Shown: positions 1 through 12,769, numbered from the stretch's first letter. The stretch is 64,000 nt of DNA from Octopus sinensis (GCF_006345805.1 NC_043000.1:144088001-144152000); one strand, 5' to 3'. Translations and numbers: made by a program. The notes: generated from the letters alone by a model not told the origin.

Positions 1-810
1 GAATGCTTTGGTTGTGTTGAAGTCACTTAAGGTCGACCCAGGACGGCAGAGTTGCTTGAGAGCAACGCGACACTCGCGGTGCCATTCGCCCTTCCTCGGC
101 CTCTTTTTGATCCACGACTGCAGTTCGGTCATGGAGACGAGCTGCGGGAAAGCGTGCCTCACAAACGGCGACCACACCTGTTCACCGTCGTCTACATAGA
201 GCCAGAGATGTCGCAGTCTCAGCGCGTGTCTGCGCATCATCAACCACGGCATGCCCAGCCCTCCTTTTAACGGGTGTTGACAGCAAATGGATCGCCTGAC
301 CATCGGGACGCATCCTTTCCACAAGAAGCGAAAGAGGATGCGTTGTAGTTTGGTGGTGGTAGGGTCGGGACAAGGTACGACGGTCAGGCGGTAGTAGATG
401 ACGGACGCGATGTACGTGTTCGCCACCTCCGCTCGACCTTTTAGGGACAGTTTCCTCTCGCCCATTGCCGGGCGAGAGTGACCACCCTACTCGTTATCTC
501 GTTCCAGTTCTTCTCCACTTGGAGGTCCGGACCAAACCAGACCCCGAGCAACTCAACCGGGCCGTCGGTCCAGCGTCCCACGACGGAGGCGCTGGTGGAC
601 GGCATGGGCTTGCTTCTCCAGGTGCCTAGTCGCAAGCTCACTGACTTTTCCCGGTTGATTTTCGCTCCTGTCGCCGCTTCGTAGTTTTTCAGTGTCTCGC
701 CGACCAGCTCGATATGCTCGTGGCTAGACACTATGACGGTGACGTCGTCCGCGTATGCAGACACGCTCGTCCCGCATCCCAATTCTCGCGGGATGCCCCT
801 TAGAGTCGCC
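1..810 (-). mobile_element. Tx1/L1-clade LINE ORF2 fragment (RT and downstream region), 5'-truncated, continues beyond window start
   Basis: ORF 441..896(-) contains [10 protein letters not shown]...GAKINREKS...LLGVWFG. After a frameshift near 445 it continues KGRAEVANTYIASVIYYRL...LFRFLWKG...GGLGMP, typical Tx1 ORF2 motifs. GC-rich and little decayed. The 5' junction abuts (GATA)n at 811. Confidence 0.9.
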
Positions 811-873
<63 letters not shown>

Positions 874-896
874 CAGACAGATAGACAGACAGACAT

Positions 897-954
<58 letters not shown>

Positions 955-968
955 GGATAGATAGATAG
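811..968. repeat. (GATA)n microsatellite with GACA variants, followed by a GA-rich tract to ~1030
   Basis: Directly visible tandem repeat. Confidence 0.98.
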
Positions 969-1595
969 GGAGTGAGAGAGAGGGAGACAGAAAGGGGAGC
1001 GAGACGAAAGAGAGAGAATGAGAGAGAGAGATTTGTGCTGCAGCCTAAATTGTGATGCCGATTCTTATCATCCTACTTGTTTAATAATATTTCCTTAGCA
1101 ATTGCTTGTGTTTTAGTTGCTGACCTTATTTTTTTTACGATAACAGCTACTTTGCAAATAGGGTGTCACGACTCACTTTTCCCTAAATCTAATGCTGCTA
1201 CTGCTGCCGTTGCTGTCGTTTGTCTGTTCTGAATCACTAACAAGTAGTGGCAGTTGTAACTGTTACTGTAATGTACACTGTTAACATGCTATGGTGTTTT
1301 TTTTATTGCTGACTTTGACAAAACGCTTAATATCTGCTGACACCTGTGCATATTTGATATGTGACCCTTTTCTAATACTGATGCTGCTACTACTACTGTT
1401 ACCACCACCACCACCATCACCATCATCACAGCTGCTGCTGCAGTGGGTTATGTCATGAAAAACAAACATTCAATTGCATAACGTCAAACGAAAGGCAATT
1501 GCAATACTTTGAAAGTTAACCATGAATATTTTATTAAAGATATATAGAATCTTTTAAAAACATTCTCAACCTGGTAACTACCAAACCTCTCTTAC

Positions 1596-1673
1596 GATAT
1601 GCAGATTGCTCTCTTGTAGTGTATATTCCATTATGGTCTATATAACATGAGAAACGGTCATAAAACGTGTCAC
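1596..1673 (-). CDS. Candidate 78-bp internal exon of an unidentified host gene (phase 1-1)
   Basis: Minus strand: ttttctttccaaatccctgtcgcag| exon |GTAAGA. Only one frame is open: (G)DTFYDRFSCYIDHNGIYTTREQSAY. No homolog recognised. Confidence 0.33.
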
Positions 1674-2294
1674 CTGCGACAGGGATTTGGAAAGAAAATT
1701 TAAATTGGTAAAAAAATAAGAGAAAGGTTACGAAGTTACGTATCGAAACACTGAAAAAATAACAGGTGAACAACTTTACTTTATAATCACTGTTTTTCAT
1801 ATAAAGTCGGTCATCACTCATTTTATGTTGTTTAAATAGAATAAAAATTGTTTAAGATTATTCTACAAAAATAATATATAGTCATTTTTTAGAATTGTTC
1901 TTGCTATTTAACCCTAGGTCAGTCGTGATATAGCAGATTTGTGATTAAGTGTAATCCAGCTGTGAGGATCCCATTCATATTAGGAATTATGTGTGTGCGT
2001 GTCGGTGGGTGTGTTTGCGTGTGTGTGCTTGTGTGTGCATGTGTGTGTGTGTGAGGGAGAGAGAGAAAGAGAAAGAGAAAGAGAGAGATAAAATTCTCAA
2101 GGAAAATTTATTAAATTTTCCAGCAGTTTCAGCAACGCGATAGAAGCCTTTTTATTAGATTGTTATATTTTCATTGCTTTCTACATACTAGATAATTTCA
2201 CACAACACAGGAAAGTGCGAGCAATCAAACCTCAGAGTAATCGAAGCGGAATTTAACAATTATATTTCATTTAGGAAATACTCTTTACTTTTAC

Positions 2295-2495
2295 TCCAAA
2301 TCCTCATATTGCACTTAAGGGTCACAAACCCAGTTTCCTCTCCACACACGAATACTGACTCTAAGACCGAGATAAGCATTGTCTTTAAGCGCATTCTTGG
2401 TATTCCAGAACAGCTGTCATCGACTGGCTCCGCGAAATCGAGAATAAAACAGCCTATAGGTTCACAGATTTTGAAATCGTGAATTTCTACCTTAG
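2295..2495 (+). mobile_element. Penelope-like element RT remnant
   Basis: Frameshifted peptides ALKGHKPSFL, KTEISIVFKRIL and AVIDWLREIENKTAYRFTDFEIVNFY resemble the PLE RT pattern TLKDHKPNF...KSEIG.ISK.IL...VIDWF..I......FDI..FYP. Confidence 0.6.
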
Positions 2496-2671
2496 ATTTC
2501 GCTAAGCAATTTACTAGTAAAATAAACCATGATGTCAAAATCATCATCGACGCCAGAAAATCAATTCAGGTTCTCGACCAATCCTTCTTTTAGCTAAAGT
2601 CGACGAGCTAGGTTTCTGTAAGAAGTTAAAGAAAATTCTAGTCGCATGGGGCCGGATCAAACATTTTAAAT

Positions 2672-2756
2672 AGTAATAATAATAATAGTAACAATAATAA
2701 TAATAATGATGATGATGATGATGATGATGATGATAATAATAATAATAATAATAATG

Positions 2757-2799
<43 letters not shown>

Positions 2800-2800
2800 T
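2672..2800. repeat. (TAA)n/(TGA)n microsatellite
   Basis: Directly visible. Confidence 0.97.
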
Positions 2801-2802
2801 TA

Positions 2803-2928
2803 GTGAACACGGTCGACTTTACATGGTGAACACTGTCCATTGTTCTAGGTGAACAGTGTCCACTATTTCAGTTCCATGGTGAATACAGTCCACTGTTTCA
2901 GTTCCTTGGTGAACATGGTCCACTGTAA
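2803..2928. repeat. Minisatellite, 5 degenerate units of 23-30 bp with core GGTGAAYAnnGTCCACT
   Basis: Units visible: gtgaacacggtcgac, ggtgaacactgtccat, ggtgaacagtgtccact, ggtgaatacagtccact, ggtgaacatggtccact. Confidence 0.8.
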
Positions 2929-2930
2929 AA

Positions 2931-3935
2931 GTACGGATATAAGAATGGAATGTTGACTCAAGAAGTGCGTAGTAATCTACTTAAAAATAGGCAAGTCACA
3001 GTCTTTAGCAGGGATAGAACTATCGAACAGGAACATCAATAAGCAAATTGAAACGGAAGGATACGAATACCCTTGTGTACTGGAGTTCAATGAGATAATG
3101 GAAAACGAAATGAACAAGCAATTGATGATAGAGTATTTCCGAAGACTGAGGTTGGCATTGCGCTCAAAATTGACTGGATGGAATAAAATCCAAGCAGTTA
3201 ATATGTGGACGATAATTACCATGCCAACGCCCTTTAGAATGGACCTGACACTTCGTACAGATTTTGCGAAAAATTCACATAAACAATTTATCGTTTTATT
3301 TCTGGCAACCCAGTCCTCGTTTAAAAGGAGTACCTCATAAGACATGACAAACTAAGGCAGAACATCCATTAGAATGCTTACAAATACTACAGAATTAAAT
3401 CCCATTAGTGGCACAGGCACCATACAGAGGATGTATTAAATGGCGAGGGCGTCACCATCCTTTGGAACTTCCCAATACAAACAGACAGAAAAATTGACTC
3501 CAATCGACCAGAAATTGTGATCACAGACTACAATGGAGGAACTTGTCTGTTAAGAGACATGTCTGTCCCACAAGTTCAAAATGTCTCAAGAAAGGAATAC
3601 GAAAAGCTTTCTCACTATAAACATCTGCAAGTTGAAATCACAAAAATGTGGAAACTTAGTACTAAGATAATACCAGTAACAATTGGTGCGTTGGGAATGA
3701 TAAAGAAGGGGGCAGGGAAGTATATTATGCAACTCCCAATTAATTCCATTCTCCGTGAACTACAAAAGATAACCTTGATGGGTACAGACCATTATACTAC
3801 CGAAAGCACTCTCGATAAAAATGGAATAAATGTGGTGATAATTTTAGCATGCATAGCAAAACTAAAGTACCCTTACAAATCTTGGCCTTTGGAGGATGCC
3901 TGGTACTAACGCAGCTGAAATAAAGTTATAATAAA
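2931..3935 (+). mobile_element. R4/Dong-clade LINE 3' fragment (RT C-terminus plus RLE), internally deleted
   Basis: Peptides EYFRRLRLALRSKLTGWNKIQAVN, then VTILWNFPIQTDRKIDSNRPEIVI...DMSVP...KEYEKLSHYKHL...IPVTIGALG (RLE). (TAA)n-type arrays lie on both sides in sense polarity. Confidence 0.85.
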
Positions 3936-4217
3936 GAGAAACTATAAATGATAATAATAACAACAACAATAATAATAACAGCAGAGATAATAATAATAAT
4001 GAAGATTATGATGATGATGACGATGATATATATATATATATACATATCCATACATATGTGTGTTTTTGTGTGTGTGCGTATGTGTGATTGCCTGATATGG
4101 CCGGTCATAGAGTGACCATTGGCCTCACACTTCGAAAGTGCCTAGCTATATAGCTGTATTTGCTCTAAAGTTTTAGATACTTTACAGCCTACTTCTTCTC
4201 GGATATATGAAATATTG

Positions 4218-4221
<4 letters not shown>

Positions 4222-4286
<65 letters not shown>

Positions 4287-4306
4287 CACACAAACACACA
4301 CACCAA

Positions 4307-4364
<58 letters not shown>

Positions 4365-4365
4365 T
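4222..4365. repeat. (TA)n/(CA)n microsatellite; similar arrays at ~6985-7172, 25708-25762, 30245-30350, 32460-32595, 32780-33010, 34810-34925, 36350-36630, 37445-37690, 54615-54786, 60518-60623, 63203-63470
   Basis: Directly visible. These generate the spurious poly-IY/YI ORFs in the track. Confidence 0.97.
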
Positions 4366-4509
4366 ACTTCAAAAGTATCATTCAGTAAATAATTAATTCC
4401 TGACGTTTTCCTCTTATCTTTTCTTATACTAGTTTCAGGCCTTGAACTGGTGCCTTGGCTGTACACCGTCTTGAAATGTTTCCTTGAACTAATTTACGCA
4501 TTACGTATT

Positions 4510-4780
4510 AATTTTTAAAGCTTTCAACTTATTTCAGTCTAATTCTCTTGCTGAACCACTTAGTTAGTGTGACGTTAACAAACCAATGCCAGGTGTGAAG
4601 CGGTGGCAAGGATCAATCAGGACCCACATACTAAACGATGCAGACGTGCACGACGGGTTACTTTCTGCTTCAGTCCATCAAATCAATTCACAAATCTTTG
4701 GTCGGTCCGGGTCCAAATTAGAAGAAACTTGCTCAAGAGGCTGAACAGTAGCTCTGAAACTAATAAGTCTTGATTGAGAA
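4510..4780 (-). mobile_element. Diverged SINE body fragment
   Basis: Reverse complement shares segments with the SINE at 58022-58422 (cccggaccgaccaaagatttgtgaattgatttgatggactgaagcagaaag; cgtcacactaactaagtggttcagcaagag). Confidence 0.6.
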
Positions 4781-6149
4781 ACAAACTTTTTAAGGCTGCA
4801 GACACACATGCATCGGAAACTCTAGCATCCCTATTATTTTCTATTTTTGAACCGAATTTGTTAAATAAGAAACACATGTAAAAATGAAATTTCAACATTT
4901 TTCTCTCTCATACACAAATAAAGATTGAAACAGTCAAAGAGTTGCTTCGGTAAAGATCTAGTCACTCCAGGGTGGTTTTCTGTTTGCATGTCAGTTTATA
5001 GAAACGAGCGATGAAATAACACCTTTGAATAAGTCGGGTTTCTTTTCCACCACTTTTTAATGTACCCTAAATAGCAAAAGGTATATTATCCATTCAGAAC
5101 CAATAGCATTCTTCATAGTTCTCAACATCATTTTACATTCCGCGAGCTATGTCGAAATAGTAAAATAATTTTAGGGTAACATATGTTGACTTTATATTTG
5201 CATGTCAACAAACTGCATAATCATCCATGGAAAAAAATTCTCGTAACGCGATAGCACGATGTTCGGCTTCTTGATTTTAAAGCAACTAATAGACTAACTG
5301 CATCTAAAAGTATGCTATCAGCTTTATCATTTGTAATCAGTGCAGATGTCATGCTTGCCCTTATACTATTCGCCGAACTCCTTTCGTGCACCATTCGTTT
5401 ACTATACAAGGGATTCACTTCACCATCTTATAATAATTCTGCTGGTCATTCCGTTACTTAACCCGTCGGTAACGCTTTCACGAGATTAGAGAAGTAGAAA
5501 GAAACGAGGATGAATGAAACAACGGAGAGACAAAATGAGGAAGAGTGAAGCGTCCATGACGTGAGGTTGGAGGGGTAATTGTTTTGAATTCACACAATTA
5601 GTCAAAGTGAGACTACAAGCTGGAGAAAGAAAAAGGAGAGAGATAGAAAGTGGATAAGGCGAACAAGGAGACAAAAAGATGGAGAAAAAAGAGGGAGAGT
5701 ATAGGAGACAGAGAGAGAAAATAGGGAGAAAGAAGTGCACATGGCGCGAGTTATAGAGGATGTTAGAAATTTTAGTTGAAGGTAGCGATAGAGACGAGGC
5801 GAGTCAAATATATAATTTTAGCATAGGGGTGACGATTTGATGGTGTGTTTAAAGACACAGAGAGGGGTACAGAGAGAAAGAAGAGAGAAAGAGAAAGATA
5901 GGATGATAGTCGGGACTGGTGATAGTGGAGAAGATGGACGTGGTGGTATTGGAAGAGATCGTGGTGAGGAGTCGGTGGTGAAAAAATAGTGAAAGTACAG
6001 TTTTTTTTCAATTAATTTCTTTTATATCACCTATCAGTTAACGCATGCGTATAAGTTCAATTCCGTGAACTATTCACACTTATTTACGTGGCACATACGT
6101 CCAATTTAACTAAAGTTTGTATCATATGTACGGTGATATTTAGTTTGTT

Positions 6150-6500
6150 AATGGGGAAAATAGAAAAATAAGAGCGAATATTTATTTTTGGTGTGCTGTG
6201 TATCAAGGCTATGGAACTGTGCCTAAAGTATGTTAAGTTTATATATATAAAGTGCATTAACTAATCATTGTATTCCAATGTCTTTCAGCTATTAATGAGT
6301 AGCAGATGAGCGACTATCATTCCATGGAGACACAACTCAGACTACGCTTTCAGATACGCTTTCAGATAAACTTTTGGATAAAGTTTTCAAGCATAACTCT
6401 ATAGTTTTACCATTGTTTCCGTGAAATATTCATGAGTCCAGCTAGTTATTATTTATTTCCCTCTTTGATGAAGAGACGTCATTTGGTATGGAAAATCTAC
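6150..6500 (+). mobile_element. Possible highly decayed, internally deleted mariner remnant
   Basis: SPASYYLFPSLMK resembles mariner SPDLAPSDYxLFxxLK, and LSFHGDT resembles LFHxDNA. Weak and fragmentary. Confidence 0.3.
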
Positions 6501-6993
6501 AGGAATGCCTATACTCTTTATGTAATAAACATACATAGACTGTTACTGACACACATATTCACACACACATATACACACAATTATATATGCATGTATGTAT
6601 GCATGTGCATACATATGTATATATTTACTGGGAAGCAATACTACTGTATTGCACTATTTAATAATTTTTTTCTTTGAAAACATTTTCACTGTTCTTGGCC
6701 TGTTAACAGCCAAGCGTACAGACGAGTAATACTGGCATTGATATTTGAACTTTTGTCTCAGTGTATGTAGCCGAAGAGAACTAATCGAAACCTAGGTCCT
6801 AGTTCACCCACATCTGGGTTGTACATTTATTTAATGTCCTTCGTACAGGTAAGAGGATTGTATTTTATGTTCACCGTCCGCAAACATCTTTGCCAATATA
6901 TATACACAGTGAAGCATTACTATATCATCGTATAATATCGATGCTATTACCAGTAAATATTGGTGCATGGTTGCATCAATATCCTATATATAT

Positions 6994-7035
<42 letters not shown>

Positions 7036-7124
7036 ATCCAAACCTGAAAACACAAATAGAAAACTCAACAACGCGAGGACGTGGAACAAGTATAGTGGTA
7101 TTGAACGCTCAAGAAAGAAGGAAA

Positions 7125-7180
<56 letters not shown>

Positions 7181-7405
7181 CATGTGTGTATCGCAAGACA
7201 CTGTCAGAAAATGTGAAGGGAATATTAAATCATTTTGTTTAAAATAAATTACTCATGGAAACGTGATGTGGTGGTTTTGGTTGGAACATTTTTGGTCTTA
7301 CAGAGTCACAGCTGATATAGATTTAAACAGCAAAACAGTAACAATGAATTCTAAATTTCACTTGACTGAAAGATAATTTTGATATTTTCTGTCAAAGAAC
7401 CTTAC

Positions 7406-7451
7406 CTTATTCAACTTATAAACCATTCTAATCAATGCAACTGGTTCTCCT
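7406..7451 (-). CDS. Candidate 46-bp micro-exon (phase 2-0)
   Basis: Minus strand: gttggtttttcag|AGGAGAACC...AATAAG|GTAAGG. The open frame reads GEPVALIRMVYKLNK. No homolog recognised. Confidence 0.25.
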
Positions 7452-9774
7452 CTGAAAAACCAACAGCGTTGACTTCCGAAAACTATTAGTACGAAATAGA
7501 AGAGATTGCTTGCCGCGATATTTATCGAAATAGAAATAACATATGTTTCTCAATAATACATGTCCTCCTGCAGCATCTGCAAAAAAAATGAATTTTCGTT
7601 TATGACTGCAGTTTGTAGTATTCCACTACTCAAAGGGTACACATTAAAATGAAATGACACTATGTGATGTACGTAACTGATTAAACAATTTCGTTTTGTG
7701 ACAAGAGCGTGAAAAGGCTAGTAAACTCCCAGTTATTTTGCATCTTATGCAAAGGGTTAAGAATTTTACATTGAGTTTGTGGAGTATTTTAAGGAAAGCC
7801 TGAATAGTATTCATTCCCAAATACTCTGGCAAGTCATCTTTAACAGTTTATAATGAGAAAAGAGCAATTTTTAGAATATCACAGATTTATCAACAAAAAA
7901 TAATGCGGCTGTCGTGGTCGTAGTCATGGTATCTGCTCTTGTCGTTGCCGGTGAATAAAAATGTATTACTCAGGCTGGGTGAAGAAGCCTCTAAGAACGC
8001 TCGTGAACAATTAAGAGATTTTATTCCTGCACATAGTGTTTTCAGTGTCTGTTTCATAAAAAAAAAACTAATTGCAATAATTACCTATTTGGAAAGATAT
8101 ACTGCTTGGGATTTACAACTAGTTAACTGATACAGCAATCAGCGATTAGCCCATAAGGCCTGGAAAATAATTGCTTTGTATTCGTGGTGACGAAAATTCA
8201 TGTCTACTATCTGTCATCTGTCTTATTTGGCTGGGTGTAGCAATGAGGATAGAGACGAGGTGTGATTGTTTCAGCATTCTGTGATTACCACACATAACTG
8301 CCTTTATATAAAGCACTATGTGAAAGTTCAAGAAAATCTAATCACGTGATGGTTTTACGTTGATTGTTAGTCCAATAGACCGATTGTGGTTCGCTCATGA
8401 TGTCTGCTTGCTCTCCTAGCGATTCGGTTTCGAATCAATGCTATAGAGCCGAAAAATATATCGCAAAACCAGTACCTGTTTTAACGATCGTTGAAGCATT
8501 AATGTGAATTTAGCACGGCCAGTGTTGACATTAACACAGGCTAGATAAATATATATATAGAAATACTTTCTACAGGTGCCGTTCTATTTCAGTTAATCCA
8601 CAATCCCAGTCCACTCTTTGCCATGACGCTATATAAACGAAAAGTTTAAGAAATGAATAATGAATTCCATTGTTAATATAACGTCAGAGATTTACAAGTG
8701 GGTGATTTTCTGTAGTCTGATATTTTACTGCTGATCATATTATCAAAACCACTTCTACTCTATACAATTATAATTCAACTCATTTAATCTGCATGAAAGT
8801 TTTACCGGTGAAAATCATTTGCTTTTTGACTGCCCTCATAATTCTTGAAAGAACCTCTGGCTTTTCTATTGCTTTTATTTAGATCTTTGTATTGCTTTTA
8901 ATATTTCATGGATTTTCTTTTTCTGTCTAAAAAGGAAACGGTATTTAGCACTAACATTAATTGTAGTATTGATGGGTTTATGCCAGAGGAAATAATTGTT
9001 CACTTTGACTTATAATTCATAACTTTAGCGTCGCATATTCTCCACTTAGCATATTACTAAACCATTTACAAAATGTTGTAAAATGCTTTATACTACGTCC
9101 TAAACCATATTACTTAAACAGTTAAAATTATATGATTTTCACCCTATATAATACTTAGTGCGACGATGTGGCGGAAACTGTTTTCTATATCTAGTGACAT
9201 TAGTGTACTAATAGCAACATTTAAACATCGATTCAATTGACAGTATTCTGTTTTCTAGTAAAACATAAATGTTGCAGTTCGCTAATCCTAGAGATGCTTT
9301 TTATCATCTGTCACGAAGCTGAAGGTTCTTCTTAGATTGTCGGTTTGATGGTGAAAAACAAATTTTATTAATTTTATAAAATCTCTTTCAAATACAATTA
9401 TTAGATCTATGCAGAGCATTAGATAATTTAATTCCTTATATTTAACTTTATCTACGTCAATAAAAGAAGAAGAATCGTTTCAGCTTCAATCAAAATTCGT
9501 TCAGTTATTTTTTGGTTCTTTAGATTCTGAGTTCAGTTCTCACCAATTGCAAGTTTGTCTTCTAACGTCAATAAAATAAAGAACCAACCCAATAATAGAA
9601 CCTACTTTATAGTACCGCCACTCTCATCGAAATAACTGCCCTTGTGCCAAAGTAAAAAGAAACGAAAAAATATTTTAATCTGAGAAACTGAGATGTTCAT
9701 CTGAATATCAATATGATAAACGACACCAAGACTAAATGTTGGTTTCAAATGTTGACTCAAGGCCAGCAATGTCG

Positions 9775-9955
9775 CACGAGCAGAGAGTTGTTGATTACAT
9801 CGACCCTAGTACTCAATTGGCACTTATTTTACCGAGCTAAAGAATAAATAGCAGATTCGACCGCAGAGGAGTTTGAAATCAGAACGTAAAGACGAACGAA
9901 ATGACGCAAAGCATTTTGCTCGGCGCGCTAATGACTCTGCCAACTCACCATCTTA
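9775..9955 (-). mobile_element. tRNA-headed SINE 5' part
   Basis: Matches the SINE segments at 40520-40700 and 56240-56637 (gattacatcgaccctagtac...cagaacgtaaagacg...gcattttg...ctgccaactcacc). Confidence 0.75.
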
Positions 9956-10439
9956 TCCATGGTAATATATTCAATTGCTTTCCCTACCTCTTATAAACAG
10001 TTATTTGGGACGAATACCTAAATGAATTAGTGATCCGAAGTTTACCTAACCTAACAATCACATTTATATTTCAAGGCTAGTTTGGGTATTAGCGATCCAG
10101 TTCATCGATTTCCAAATATGCACCGCTTAACATTCATAAGGTTGGTACTACAGATTTTAATGATTTTACTGATGGAGGCACAAACAATAGAACTAAATTC
10201 ATATCTATTTTGTTGATTTATCTGCTGTGTTTATAAACTCGCGATGGGCATTACTTAATTACATTTCTATGCTGATAAATTTTCTATGGTACAAGAAAAA
10301 CAATGATACCATGTTATCCGGTCTTTTCAGGTATCTGATACATTCCTATACATTATACATTACTATAGCCGTGCTAAGGAGGCAAACTTTTATAACCGTT
10401 CTACTAGGAACTCTATTCCACTTACCCTTAAATTCCACT

Positions 10440-12030
10440 TGATCCCTTCAGCTACTGTCCCAAGGAGCCAACAATAATTGGTACCATCTTCACCTAGGGC
10501 ATTCTTCTTTTATGGCATTCGTTTGTGATATGGGAAATGGTTTCATCCACTCTATTACAGATGCAGCACAGTGAAGAAACTTTCTCAATCCCAAAGTTGA
10601 CCCCCAGTTCGTTGCAAAAAAATTGATCTTGCGCTGCCAGTATTATGCTCTGGGTCTTTCTTTTTTTAATGTTCCCTTCCTCAGCTATTCCCACCTATTT
10701 TTTTCCAGTAAATTCTGTTGTGGCTACATGGAATTGATTGTTGCGTAATTCTTCTTCGTGTCCTTTTTTACTTCTTCCTTCGTTTTTCCTTTTTTCTCTG
10801 CTTTCAATACTCCAACATTCCTAATTGACACTAGCAAGGCCTCCTTACTTTGGGTTAGGTATGTCAGTAAGCTCTCGAGTTCGATACGTACACAGTCTTT
10901 CACACTTGTAGACCCATTTTCCCTTTTCATGTGCAGGCGATCGGTGCCTGCACGTGAATAATGGACACCGTGCATCTTGACGTTAGCTTTCTTGACTTCT
11001 TGTCCATTTTCTTTAGCTCCTCCTCTGTCCACTTCAAGATTACAGTGCCATACCAAACTACCTCAAAGGCGCGCGAGTTTATTGCCGAAATTATGTTTCT
11101 CTTACTCAGCATCGAAGTCAATATTTTTCTCACTCGCAGTAGGTACTCTCTTTTTGTCTTTTCCTTCATGTCGTGTTTAATTCCATATTCTTCAAGTATT
11201 CCCAGGTATTTATAGCTGAATTGAGGTTCAATTGTCAATTCCGTCCTCCACCATTTTATACTTTCCGATATAAGGCTTATGTTTTCTGCTACTCCATATA
11301 TGTTCATTGTTCTTTTTATGCAGTGTTGTATTATATCGTATGCTTTTCGATAGTCAACCCATGCCATGCTCAGGTGTGTGTCTTCTTGCAGTTTCTGATA
11401 CTTATATTATTCGCTAATTTCTGATCCTCATTTGGCACCTTTTTTTTGAAGTGTTACCAGCCCGCCTTTTTCTAAGAATCTATATAGTTCACCGGCTAAA
11501 ACACCTGGCATTAGTCTCCATATTAGCGAAAGACCCATTATTGTTCAAAGGTTGGATGCAAACTTTCCCTTTTTAGGGACCTTGGCACTTAATAAAAACT
11601 TTCCCATTGACCTGTAGCTGGGCATTGCGCCTTCCTGCAAGCACCCATTTACAAGTTTTGCTATCTTTTTTATGGAGCCCTCTCAAGCTTCTTTTCTCAA
11701 TAAGCTTGGATCCCTTCCGGTCTTGGACTGTTCCAATTTCGGAATTTTCTTAACTGCATTTTTATCGTTTCTGTAGTTATTTTCATGACTTCTTGGATTT
11801 CATGCAGCCCCTCCGCTTTATCATTATGCTCTAGAAGTTGATCCCAGATCCCTCTCTGCATTTGGGTTCATTGTTACGTATAATTTCCCATCTACTTCCG
11901 GAAGCAGTTTCTTTTGATTTGCTTCAAAGGATATGTTTTGCCTGAATATGTTTTGTTCTATTGTCATATTTTTCCAATTTTGCTTTGATTGCTACTTCTC
12001 TTTGTTTCAATTCTTCCCTTTATCTCTCAT
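10440..12030 (-). mobile_element. Decayed R4/Dong-clade LINE (RT, CCHC, start of RLE)
   Basis: AWVDYRKAYD, YKYLGILE, YLLRVRKIL...ISAINS, IILAAQDQ, CCICNRVDETISHITNEC, PIIVGSLG. The 5' side abuts (TTA)n at 12035. Confidence 0.85.
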
Positions 12031-12034
12031 TGTA

Positions 12035-12042
12035 TATTATTG

Positions 12043-12110
<68 letters not shown>

Positions 12111-12141
12111 ATTATTAATATTATAATTATTATTATTATTA

Positions 12142-12183
<42 letters not shown>

Positions 12184-12200
12184 TATTATTTTTATTATTA
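12035..12200. repeat. (TTA)n microsatellite; further arrays at 12476-12578, 12636-12674, 12772-12843, 14173-14283, 14839-14910, 23299-23456, 49254-49282, 51584-51797
   Basis: Directly visible. Confidence 0.98.
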
Positions 12201-12239
12201 TTGTCAGTGACATGAATAATGTTAATGATAATAATAACA

Positions 12240-12395
12240 ACTACAACATCGAAAAATACCTCAGGCATGGGAATCGAGGTCCGAAATTTCCCCAAGACAC
12301 CTGATGAATGCTGGAGGGTAAAGAAGCCGAAACCTTGTGCTAACAACAAACAAGATGATGACAAATATCCGTCATATGTAAATAATGCAATGTTT
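12240..12395 (+). mobile_element. Penelope-like terminal (pLTR-type) fragment with a degenerate hammerhead ribozyme core
   Basis: CTGATGA at 12301-12307 and GAAAC at 12329-12333 with a partial stem II (gct/agc). PLE termini are known to carry hammerheads. Assignment to a PLE is an inference. Confidence 0.45.
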
Positions 12396-12484
12396 TATTC
12401 CTTCGTAACACAGTACAGGTAAAAATGCACCGAAGTCTTTAGTCATCTGTTAAGTTAGAACGAGGGAAGATGTTGTATATTATA

Positions 12485-12562
<78 letters not shown>

Positions 12563-12578
12563 ATTATTATTATTATTC

Positions 12579-12636
12579 TATGTTTGACTTTTGCTTTATA
12601 TTTATACAAGTTGGTTCCAAGTCTCACCCAGAGACC

Positions 12637-12676
<40 letters not shown>

Positions 12677-12769
12677 TAGTTTTATTTTTATAGCGTGCTT
12701 TCACTTCACTACCGAGCGCAGCTCTGTGTGCCTTGGGTATGTGCTGTGATTTGTTGTGATGCTCTGATG

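Noticed and set aside
2803-2928. CRISPR-like repeat-spacer appearance
   Set aside because: Eukaryotic context, degenerate units, no unique spacers and no cas genes.
4990-5470. Possible mariner-like remnant on the minus strand
   Set aside because: Only vague resemblance (RIFFHG); no catalytic motif is recoverable.
6762-6848. Plus-strand CAG|GTAAGA donor with an upstream acceptor
   Set aside because: The best acceptor gives stops in all frames, and the alternative acceptor is weak.
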